Part shown: one piece after another, positions 37,514 through 48,570 of the stretch
Layout: each line of letters begins with the position of its first letter
Position numbering within the stretch: position 1 is the stretch's first letter
From: Sphaerodactylus townsendi
Lineage: Eukaryota
DNA: 64,000 nucleotides
Direction of reading: 5' to 3'
Assembly: GCF_021028975.2 (NCBI RefSeq)
Contig: NC_059427.1
Span: forward strand, 67,022,001-67,086,000
Made by a program: the position numbers and the translations under genes
Notes under the pieces: model-generated
Databases searched by the model: none
Seen by the model: only the letters and a program-made list of their open reading frames with translations
What the model was told of the DNA's origin: nothing

Positions 37514-40500
37514 AACACGATCTACCAGACCACGGCCACATGGCCAGAAAACCCACATCAACCAATTGAATCCATCTGTGAAAGCCTTCGACAATACTTT
37601 CAATGTTTTTTTTAATCTAGGGAACCCAGATTCTCCCTTTAAATCCACTCAGAAGTGACCAGAATCTGGGGACAATTTGAGGGTGCCAGTTAGGGGAGCA
37701 ATGTTTAAGTTAGAAGTACCAAAATTTCAGGCTACTTTCAGGATACTATCCTGATGATACCACCCAGGTTGAGTGAAGTTTAGTTTAGGGGGTCCAAAGT
37801 TATGGACCCTCAAATGGAAGCCCCATCTACTACTAGCTCCCATTGGAAACAATGGGGGGTGGGGGCACCCCTTTGGGGGGTCCATAACTTTGAACCCCCT
37901 ACTCACACCAAACCTGGACTGAATATCATCAGGAGTGTCACTGATGATAACCTGAAATTTTGAATTGCCCATGAATCTAAAGAGATTGCGCCCCCCTGCC
38001 AGCCGACAAAGTAAAAACAGTAAAATATTTTTTAAAATACATTTTTGAGTTTTGGCGCCCCCTGTAGGCGTGTGCCCAGTGCAATGCCCACCCCTCCTGT
38101 CCCCTGGTGGCTATACCACTGTATAGGTGCAAAGTAGAGCAACTGTAGCCTCTGCTGCTGTTGAATCTAAACAACGAGGAAAATGTCAGTTTGGACAATC
38201 AAACTCCATACTTTGACATTTAACAATAATATTTGACTGCCCTTATTGGACCATAGTAAAGAGGGAGAATGCTTTTCTAATCTGATCCCTAGCAGACAGT
38301 TTAGCTATTGACCCCTTTTTTAGAATCCAGAAGCACATGTGTGCAAAAGATTCACCAAACTGTTGCTCATTTCTTCATAATGCACACTTTTTGTTGAGTC
38401 GTAGTAGGATGAGATAGTTCAAAGGGAAAATGTACTTCCAGGCTGCTTTTCTAGAATGAAATGTGGATGTCCTGGCTTGTTATGCTATCTTACCCATGCC
38501 TATGGACTGTTGGATTGTATCTCACGGAGCAGCAAATGTTTGTGTAAACCAGCTTTAAATATTAAATAACTGTTGAGGCAGGACACAATCTGAATAAGTA
38601 GGTTCCTCTCTAGAATTTTTGACAGCCTATGTGTTCCCCCTTCAACAGAATATAATAGGCAAAAACAAATAAAATCCCACTTACCGCAGAACAGCCTAAG
38701 AACATATTCGGCTGCACTTTGTAGTACATAATTGACAGTTTTGCCTTTTTGTGTGGGCTGTACAAATCTTACTCTACCCTTGATGTTTATATACCCTTTC
38801 CCTAGATACCTAGCCTACCTAAGGACAGGAAGGTCAGAACAATACACTGTACATTACACAAGCAGAAATGTAAGTACCAGTTGCAAATACAGTCTGTAAA
38901 GTACATTTCAGATTACAAAGGCTTCATAAATGATAAATATAGCAGCAGAATTAAGTGCATGCCTCGGAACGACAAGAAATCACTTGGGCTCCATTTATCA
39001 GCAGACAACAATACAAGTCCTAATACTGTTTAATCAGTTGCATACCAGCCTACAAGCCGAATACAAAAGTGGAGCGGTTCCTATCCATCCCTGAACATGG
39101 AAGTTGGAGCTGCACACTGGCAATACAAGCTCACTGAAGTCAACAGGACAGCCTTGAAGGGCTATTCTCCCCATATGGGCCCACATGGACCCTACAGTCT
39201 TCTCGCCACGGCTTGCTTTTGGCTCCCTCTCTAAGTGAGATGAAGAGAGTCTCAGCATAGGCAAGAATGTTTTTTTGTGGCAGCTCCATCCCTTTGTGGA
39301 ACAGGCTGCCAGATGTCGTGAGGGCTGTTCCTTCACTTCCGTGTTTTCAGAATAAATGCAAGGGGTGGGGAGGGGGGGAGCAGTTGCTTTTCAAAAGTCT
39401 TTAGTCTGAATGCTGGTTTTATACTGTTTTTCTAGGAGAAAATGATGTTTTTTGTTATTTATTATATATTCAATGTCAGGTTTGGAGACCATCTAATAAG
39501 CTAATAGGAACAGAACTATAAAATATATTCAACTGATAAAATGTCTGTAACAAGAGCCAGCCCTAAAACCACACTGTGAAAAGAGAGTGAAAAAGGCAAG
39601 AAGACTCTGCCACATTTTCATTATATTGTGCCTCAGAAACCTGAAAACTTTGAGAAGTGAATCACAAGGACAGTGACACAGCTGGAAACAGCAAAGTGAT
39701 ACTGCCACTCAATAACTTTCCCTCGCACAATCTGATCTCCTGTCTTCTGCTGTCTGAAAATCAACCTTGTGGGGGAGAAGCCATAATTGTGCCCAGGCAA
39801 CCATCTGAGGGACAAACTACAGTGCACCCTAAAATTGCTAAGTTACCCTTTACATAAGTAATGGGGGGAAAGTCCACCTCAGACATATGTTTTTTGGCAG
39901 AATGCTCAGATTTGCCTGGGAACAACATGGGTATTAGTAACGTATCCCCAAAGTACCAATTCCAGTTTGCTTTTTTCCTGAGGCACAACCCTTCTCCCAC
40001 CCCTGAAATCTACTAAGCACTAAAGCATTTAAAATGAAACATTAATAGGATGGAAAATAATTGGTTTTTATTGAAGAACATTTACCTCACTACAGACACA
40101 CACATGCTAGGGAAAGAGACATGGCATGCCAATGACAGCCATACTAGCAATTAATAGTGACAGATGTTTTAATTTACAGTTTAACACAGCCTACAGATTT
40201 TCTGATCATCATGGGTTTAAAGTTTGGTTATTGTGAAATACTAAATTTCTGCTGCCATAAACAAGGATTTGTTTGGCAATGCCTGGAATTCAAAAATTGG
40301 CTCAGGATGGTGATAACACCCCACACTCAACTGAAGTATGTTTTTCATACATCCACGGGTAAATTCATGCATAACCATGGTTGTAGGAGAACTCTGGAGA
40401 AACACAGGAGCCCATAGCAATGTAAGGGCAGTGAGATGTTTGTGAGAGACAGAGCACCAGCAGAAAGAGAGAGAAAGCAACTGGTAAGCTGCTATCACTA

Positions 40501-40891
40501 ATGATGCTTTTGTTTCACCAGCATCAGGAGACTGCATAAATCTCCAAAGGCTCTGGTACCGAGGAGCCATGGGACGTTCCCCCAGATGATAATGGTGACT
40601 TCTGGGTCCTAGCACTTAACTCATAACAAACATTTGTGGCATGAATTCTACAGTAAATTTTGAGTTGTGATTTCAGAACTTGCTATTTGAAACTACACAT
40701 CACATGTCATTCTGTGATATTTTGTCCAGACTTTTTCTTCCCAAGTACGGAATGTAATTTTGGGGGCTACAATTTAAAAAGAGAATCCAGTGAGTAGGGA
40801 AAGGATCTATTTAACTTACTTTTCAAGTTGTTTTCCTGCCAAAAATCATCCCTCCAACATCCTTTATTTATTTAACTTATTTACACACACA

Positions 40892-40993
40892 CAGTGGTGG
40901 GATTCAAATGATTTAACCACTGGTTGTTTTACAAGCACCATTTGAACAACTGGTTCTGCCGAAGTGGTGCGAACCTGCTGAATCTCACCACTG
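40892..40993. mobile_element. hAT MITE (CAGTGGTGGGATTCA family)
   Basis: TIRs; TSD CACACACA/CACACACC. Confidence 0.88.
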
Positions 40994-43900
40994 CACACAC
41001 CCTTTTTCACTGAGACTCAAGGCAGGCTACGGGGGAGGGGGGACAGAGAGAGAGAGAGATGTAATCATGCAACAACCACATGCCAACAAAAAGCTTGTGT
41101 GAAAATTTAGATGCTGCAGTCTCTCCTCATCTTCCCCTTTGAAACTCAACCTCTCATGGCAGCATTCTGTTTTGTTTTGTTTTGTTTTTTACCGGAGAAA
41201 AATAAACATGAAATCCATGGCATATAATTCTGACCTCAGAAACCAGCATCAGGAATAACACTGTAGCCTTACCCTACCTTAAAATGCAAGCCCACCTGAG
41301 CTTCCCTACATCCTTTGATTTCAGTTTCTCAACAGCTGCTACACACAGAAGCAGGAAGAAGCTGCTGATAAGTTAGTCAGCACTGCTGCTGAAAGCCTCT
41401 TGGAAATGTCTGCAGCCTGTTGTCAACTCATTAGCTTCCTTTGCTTCACCTGTCTTGACTTTTTCCTGAATCCTGCCTGGCCTGTTTACTGGTTCCCTAC
41501 TTTCTGATCCAGTTATGCTCCCCATATCTCACCTTGCCCCAACCAGTTTGAACAGAGACACTCTTCTTTCCAGAAAGATTTCAGAATAACACCATCAGTG
41601 CTTCTGAAGTATTTCTATCACAGCCCCTTGGCATCAGATTACTTAGAACCTTGGCCATGGTAGTGTAGTAAAACTTCCAGATTCAAAAGCAATATACCTC
41701 AGAAGATCAATTGTGGGGGAGAGGCAAATAAAAGAGGAGGGCTGCCTGCCTGCCCATCCAATACTTGGACTGCCTGCAGGCATCGGACTGGCTACTGGTT
41801 CAGCAAGGCTCTTCTTGAAAGATTCTACCATCTGACTGGTTTCCCTTCTCTCTTAATTAATAGTTTTGGCAAGTGGTCTTTCCTATCTGCCTATGGATTC
41901 CTGGGAGTTCCAGCACAGCCTGACTATACAATTGTGCTCTCTTCTTTTCAGTTCCCTTTTTCTGAAGCTGAAAAGTCCAGGAAGCTAAAAGGGAACATAT
42001 TAATGTTAAGGGATATGTGTTCCCTCTTAGCCTTCCTAGTGTCTTCTGCTCATAGCCAGCCCACATATCTCAATTTCTTATTTAACACTCTAGCGAGAGA
42101 TTCCCCCCCCCCCACCTTCCAGAGGGAAGCCTGAAGTCACCCATCCAGCTTGTCTTTTTCCTCTTCATTCCAAAATCTTGCATTCTTCATTAAATCAAAC
42201 ACCTCTTCAGACACAATAGTCATGTGATCACTTCCATACCAAAAATGTTTATGTATTCCTACATACCTGTCATGAGGTATGAGGCGGGTAGAACTGTGTT
42301 CACGGGAGATGCACGTAACTTTCTATACAGCTTTAACATTCACACAGAAAAGCCTTATTAGTATGATATGACACTACTATGATAATGCAGGAATTTTCCC
42401 CCAAAAGCCTCCATGGACATTTAGACCAACGTGACTACCTGTAATTGATGTTCCTGTCTGTTTAACAACAAGCCTAGCAGCAGGATACCTTCCCCTAGCA
42501 AATCAAAGAGGATTTGGAGATTCGTGTATCCTAATCTAATCTCTATGAACCTAAAGAAAATGAAATGAAAATGTATTCTGTTAGGAAGGCCTTCCTATCT
42601 TATTAAAATTTCGGTCCCGTTGTTTTGAGGTCTGATCAGCGTTTTGTGAATGATACAACATTAATTAGGAATGTCTAGCATGCTTGCCCAAGAGGCGTGC
42701 TGCCAGAACACGGCATAATGAAGAAGAAACATGCCAATGGGGCAACCACTGCTCTGTCCCTATTCAGATTTCTTCTACAGCAGGCCAGCAAAAGAAGCTA
42801 GATGGTGGCTCTGCCAGCAGTTTCCAGTGGTCTTTCCAGCTTCTGTTTAGAAGTCTGGAAAAAAGCTGATGTGTTATGTGCGCAGAGGGGTGGAGGGCGG
42901 AAAGAGACGGGATGCCTCTCAGTATCCCAGCCAAGTCAGTCAGCTTGTCATCAGACTGAGGAAAAGCCAAATGGGAATTAAATCTATTTCACTACAAGCC
43001 TGCCAGCAGTGTTAGAAATCTCCCTGAAAAGCTATCAGAAAGGAAGGGAAGAAAGCATATCAAAATCACTGCAGTCCAACTCTTCACACAAAAACTATTT
43101 AGATACACTAACACGAGAGGCGAAAGAGAACCACACCTCTTAAACCAGCACCATCAATGTAAACAATGCCCCCCAAATGCTTCCCAGTTGCTCAGTCAAC
43201 ACAGGGCTGGGGCATATCACTGATTAAGGATAAGCAGGTATGGACAATTTTGGCATGGAAGCTACTAGGAGCCCTACATAAGCAACTGATATTTTAAAAA
43301 AAACAGAACTGAAATTCAGTGTGGCATTTTGACGGTACCAATAGGTTTTGTAAAGTCACCCTTGTCAGCTCAGCAAATGCACTGGGTAACACACCATGTA
43401 TCTGGTAATGCTTTCAGGGCATCCTTTGAAGGGCAATCCATTCAAAAAGGCTCAGAAAAGGTTAAATGTGAAAATGCCTCTTCTTATGCTTGTGGAGTGA
43501 TGGATAGTGGCATTAGTTAGCTGCATGGCAAAAATGCTTTATTTACTTGTTTGGTGAAGATAAGTTCATGAAGTATTGACTTCTCCTTTAGCTATTATTT
43601 ACCACTGCACTATTTTGAGAGTTTTGCTTTTAGGACAGCCCTACCTTGACTGAAATTTTCTGCAGATGATGGCTGCGTTTTAAGAAGGGCACATCTGATG
43701 GGTCTTTTCACTTGTGCTATGGTATTATGGGCAGTGAAAGACGCTCCTCACTGTATCCTTTCTACAGGAAAGTACCAAACATTTTTGCTACCCATTACTG
43801 AAATATTATAAATACTGGTGAAATCAGCAGAAAACAATTTTCTCTTGGCAAGTGCAAACTGATTTGCATCTTTGTTCTGGCAACAACAAAACCATTTCGA

Positions 43901-44737
43901 CACATGTAATAGACTGGAAGCTTTGCTACTGAAAATGAGATGGGCTACTGTTTAAATCATTGTTCTGTGACTTTTCAGTTGTCATCCTGGACGATTATCT
44001 CTTTGTTAAAATGTACGGCCAAAATAAATAAACTAAACCAGCTATTTTGACTGCCTCCTTTGAGGTGCGTATAAGACATTTATATTTAAGGCTTGGATGT
44101 TACGTTAAAGGAAGAGAGAGGGAGACAAAGCAAACACTCTCCCACAACAGAATTTTCTTGCCCCAGCCCCTGAGCACCCTGAAGAGCCACTCCTGGGGGT
44201 CAGAAGACCCTCAAGGAATGCTGAGATATGGAACAGTGACTGCAGCAAGAGGACTGAAACTGTGGAAATCACACACACCCCTCCCCATCCATGAACGAAA
44301 ATGCCTTCATGCAAGAAGGGATTTGGATCTAAGCCACCGAATTTACTCACCTCAGTCACTTTTTCTTTTTGCTAATATATGAGGAGGCAACAATCTAAAC
44401 CCATGTGACTAATCATACTGTTTATGTTTGTTCGCTGTAAACTCCCCCTGATGAATTACCACACAGAAAATCCTTTGGGAAATATTAAAAGGCTATTTTT
44501 GCAAGACAGTTTTGTTTTGAGGATCTACAGGTAGTTGAATGGAAAATCTTCTTTTCCCACCTCAGGTCAGTTACTGCACACGAAATGCCACAGCCATGCT
44601 ACTGCCACAACCATGAGCACACCAGAAGAAAATGCTAGATACCCATTTCCCGACTCTTCTGTAAGGCTTCCAATATATAAGATGCCTTTTAAGTGGCCTT
44701 CTGTAGTTAGGCTTTACCTTGCCTGACACTTAACAGA

Positions 44738-45117
44738 TAAGGCTGCTAACGTCCAGACCAGGGGTAGGGAACCTGCGGCTCTCCAGATGTTCAGGAACTA
44801 CAATTCCCATCAGCCCCTACCAGCATGGCCAATTGGCCATGCTGACAGAGGCTGATGGGAATTGTAGTTCCTGAACATCTGGAGAGCCGCAGGTTCCCTA
44901 CCCCTGGTCCAGACAGAACCAGGAGTTTTCACGAAATTACAATTGGTCTCCAGACTACAGAAATCAGTAACCTTGGGAGAAATGACTGCTTTGAATGGTG
45001 AACTCTTTGGCACTGTACCCTGCTGATGTCCTCCTCCTCCTCCTCCCCAAACCCCACTCTCCACAGGCTCCACCCCCAAATCCCCAGGAATTTCCCAATA
45101 TGAAGCTGACAAACCTA
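44738..45117. mobile_element. TAGGGTTGCC-TIR MITE copy (reverse), interrupted by the palindromic MITE
   Basis: Reverse homology to 9863-10079; split at the duplicated GTCCAGAC. Confidence 0.7.
44759..44906. mobile_element. 148-bp palindromic hAT-Charlie MITE
   Basis: 57-bp perfect arms, 5-bp imperfect segments and a 24-bp perfect central palindrome; perfect TSD GTCCAGAC. Confidence 0.95.
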
Positions 45118-45937
45118 CATGCAGGTCAGTTTGTTGTAGCAACACACACAAAATCACAAACTGACCCACCAATTCACTGCCCTATCTCCCAATTTCCTGT
45201 CTACAAACTCTGTAATATTACTACTCATTTTTGGCCAGGTCTATCCATAGAGAAGGGTGTAGAAAGAAATCACACGTGCAGTTGCAAGATAGCTACATAC
45301 ATGTCACATCTTGTCCCCAGCATCTTCCTGTGCCCCTCTCTTCCTTGTGCATCCACAGAAATAACTTCTGCGGGAATACATGCTCACGTGCTATTCCATT
45401 CACCAGGCTATTGCTATGCCCTTGGCTACTGCTCACTTTACCGTTTTCCCTTCTCTTGTCTGCTATCTTTCTGTCAGTTAAAGAAACAATGATGCAAAAG
45501 AAGTGGGTGCAGTTATAGCAAGACAATGGAGTGGGGAGAATTTAGGAGGACAAGAAAGGAGATAGACCGTAGTGTACTTTCCTACCTTGACACAATTGCC
45601 TTACCCAAGCAGGTAAAGGAGAAAACTGCAGAGTTACCTTCTGCACTGTTGCCGCAAATCTCCCCTCCATTTTGCTACTAACCCAGAGTCCAACAGTCTC
45701 ATTTTATTAGTGCTGCCAGATGCTGCTATTTAACATACCTATCCAGATTAACCAAGATAGTTGGATAAGAAGTATAATAGAACTATTATGACACTGGGCA
45801 TTCTTAGGCTCCAAGACTCAGCCCACGTTTCCAGTTGCTTGGAAAGCTTACCTAAGTCTTCAAGGAATCCCCACCCCCCTCCTTGGGGCATTTCATCCTG
45901 CCAACTATTGCTAGCAATCCAGACCTTCCTTCCTTTT

Positions 45938-45946
45938 ATTATTATT

Positions 45947-46014
<68 letters not shown>

Positions 46015-46020
46015 CATCAT
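45938..46020. repeat. (ATT)3(ATC)~24 microsatellite, probably a LINE/SINE tail
   Basis: Direct reading; adjoins GATTTGATAAACGGCCCTACCCCCGAAGGGCTCAGG, a reversed L2-type 3' end. Confidence 0.9.
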
Positions 46021-47983
46021 TAATTCGATTTGATAAACGGCCCTACCCCCGAAGGGCTCAGGCCTGTCTGACTCTACCTTCCCAGGGTTCAGCTTTTCCA
46101 TGCTTCTCTTCCTTCTTGCTGCTGTCTTGGAATGTTTCCTGGGACCTTACCCTCTCCTGCAGCCTATAGGATTTGGTAGTTGCCGCACCTCTAGAACTGT
46201 TAAGCAATAAACCCAGAACAAATCAACTAAGCTTGATGCTTCCAAGTCCACAATAATTGAGTTGCAAGGCTCCCAACATCAATGCTTCATCAGAAGCAGT
46301 GTGCTGTTCTGGTTGAACCAAGCTACTTGAGACCTTCAAGGTAAGTATCAGCACTCTCAATTGTGCTGCGAAATAGGTCATTCTCCGCTGGGTGATCGGT
46401 ATCGACTGGACAATAGCCTGGTTACTGCATTTAGAACCAATTAAAGATTCTGCAGGGTTTTCAAAGGCAGGCCCATATCAAGTTCCTGACAATAATCTAA
46501 CCTGGAGGAAATCAGAGCGTGGATCACTGAGGTCGGATCATACTTTTCAAAGAACAGACACCAGTTGATACAAGATGCCATGGCCATGGCCATGGAAATA
46601 AACTGTGCCTCTAGCTACAAAGTTGAGGCCATGAGCAGTTGGTTTGTCCTGAACTCGCTCTCTGAGCCCATGGCTAAGCTGATATTCAGAAATCCAAATC
46701 CATTGCTATCCAGGGATCCAAATCTACTTCCAAGATCCAAATCTATTTCCAAGATCCAAATCCACTGCTATCCAAGACAGCAGAGCAGTTCAGGTGAGTT
46801 TTGTCTAAGATTTCTGAAAACCATACAACTCTCCCTAGGAATAAAGGGTTTAAAAGCCACTACTTCCTAGATGAGATCAGAAATGGACAGGCTCACCCTT
46901 GAAGGACTTGCAAAATTATCTGCTCTTATTGAAGTAAAACTGATTGTGCTGCTTCACCTTCTCTAACAACAACAACAGTGGCAGCCCTCCAAGGCCTAGA
47001 AACAAGGGCTTTAATGCACCGATCTGGGTGTTGTTTTTCCAGCACTTTCTCCCAACATCAACTGTTAATGCGTGTGTTCATGTTTTAGAAATGAGAAGCC
47101 TATAACAAACTGTAACACAGATGGCTAATGATGGGTTTCAACTTGGTGATCTTGGGCTGTGGGATGTCACTCTCTTTCTCTCTCCCTCCTCCTCCCCGCC
47201 CTCTTGAATCAGACCAGACAGCATGTAAAGTCAGTTTTTCCTGGCAACCTCTACAAGCAGCATGCACACATATTCAAACAGAGAGCAGAAGCCATCTCTG
47301 CAAGGATGTAGGTAAGGGGGGGTTCTCGGGTTCAAACCCCCCCATTACATGTCCGAAGCTCTGCCCCTCCGTTTGTGGGTTTTTTTTACATTTTTAGTGT
47401 TTTTTCGGTTTTTGGCCTGCAGGGGGTGCATTGTTTAGGCTAGCAGCACCAAACTTTCAGGGATTGTTTAGGAGACTCTCCTAATGGTGCCACCCAGGTT
47501 TGGGGAGGTTTGGTTTAGGGGATCCAAAGTTATGCACTCCCAAAGGGGGTGCCCCCATCCTCCATTGTTTCCAATGGGAGCTAATAGAATATGGGGGCTA
47601 CACTTTTGAGGGGCCATAACTTTGGATACCCTGAACCAAACTTTACCAAACCCGGGAGGTATCATCAGGAGAGTCTCTTACTGATACTACCCAGGTTTTG
47701 TGAAGTTTGGTCAAGGGGGTTCAAAGCTATGGACTCCCAAAGGGGGTGCCCCATCCTCCATTGTTTCCAATGGGAGCTAATAGGAGATGGGAAAACTTTG
47801 AGGGTCCATAACTTTGGACCCCCTGAACCAACTTTCTCCAACCATGGGTGGTATCATCAGGAGAGTATCCTAAAGATAGCCTGAAAGTTTGGTGCTGCTA
47901 GCTTAACAATTGCACCCCTGACAGCAGGCACCCCCCCCCAAATTTCCACAGATTCTCCTTTTAAATCCACCCCCTTTGGCATG

Positions 47984-48229
47984 GGGCGTTTCCCCACTCT
48001 CCCCATCCCCCCATGTCGCACGCTGCTCTCAACGCGCGGCATCCCTGGCGTGCGCCCGGGCGTCCCCACAATCCTGCGCTCTGCGTGGGGTCATCAAAAG
48101 GCGCCCTTTGCAAGAGCGCCAAGGATACTGCACGCTGAGGGGGCGCGACAGCAGCATCGGAGCGGCTGTGCTGTCGCCGCCCCTCTCGTGGGGAGTGCTG
48201 GGGGGCTTAAGGTAAGTGGGGAAAAGCCC
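47984..48229 (+). mobile_element. Harbinger-type MITE copy 2
   Basis: TIR GGGCGTTTCCCCACT / AGTGGGGAAAAGCCC; TSD ATG. Confidence 0.9.
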
Positions 48230-48263
48230 ATGAATTTAAAGGGAGAATCTAAGGTCCCCAGTT

Positions 48264-48570
48264 GAAGAAGGAGGAGGAGGAGGAGGAGGAGGAGTTTGGA
48301 TTTATATCTCCCCTTTCTCTCCTGTAGGAGACTCAAAGGGGCTTACAATCTCCTTGCCCTACCCCCTCACAACAAACACCCTGTGAGGTGGGTGGGGCTG
48401 AGAGAGCTCCGAAAAGCTGTGACTAGCCCAAGGTCACCCAGCTGGCGTGTGTGGGAGTGCACAGGCTAATCTGAATTCCCCAGATAACCCTCCACAGCTC
48501 AAGTGGCAGAGTGGGGAATCAATCCCGGTTCCTCCAGATTAGAATGCACCTGCTCTTAACCACTATGCCA
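48264..48570 (-). mobile_element. Squam3-like SINE, well preserved, with a (CCT/CTT)n tail
   Basis: tRNA head (GTGGCATAGTGGTTAAGAG...GGTTCC/GATTCCCC), CORE domain, L2-like 3' end and GGA-repeat tail on +. Confidence 0.85.

Larger units (their letters stand above)
37309..37595. mobile_element. Palindromic Penelope-like (pLTR) insertion with two hammerhead motifs
   Basis: Inverted arms of ~115 bp; 12-bp TSD ACTTTCAATGTT (37297-37308, 37596-37607); 3' end GTGAAAGCCTTCGACAAT typical of squamate Penelope pLTRs. Confidence 0.85.
36730..38121. mobile_element. ~1.4-kb non-autonomous hAT with internal palindromic ~120-bp tandem units
   Basis: Perfect TSD TATAGGTG (36722-36729, 38122-38129); termini CAGAGATGTAGCT / GGCTATACCACTG. 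Confidence 0.88.

Noticed and set aside
36940-37680. CRISPR-like repeat/spacer array
   Set aside because: Eukaryotic context; units are long, degenerate and internal to a TSD-flanked transposon; no unique spacers or cas genes.
45748-46101. Poly-Met / poly-Ile ORFs
   Set aside because: Artefact of the (ATC)n microsatellite.
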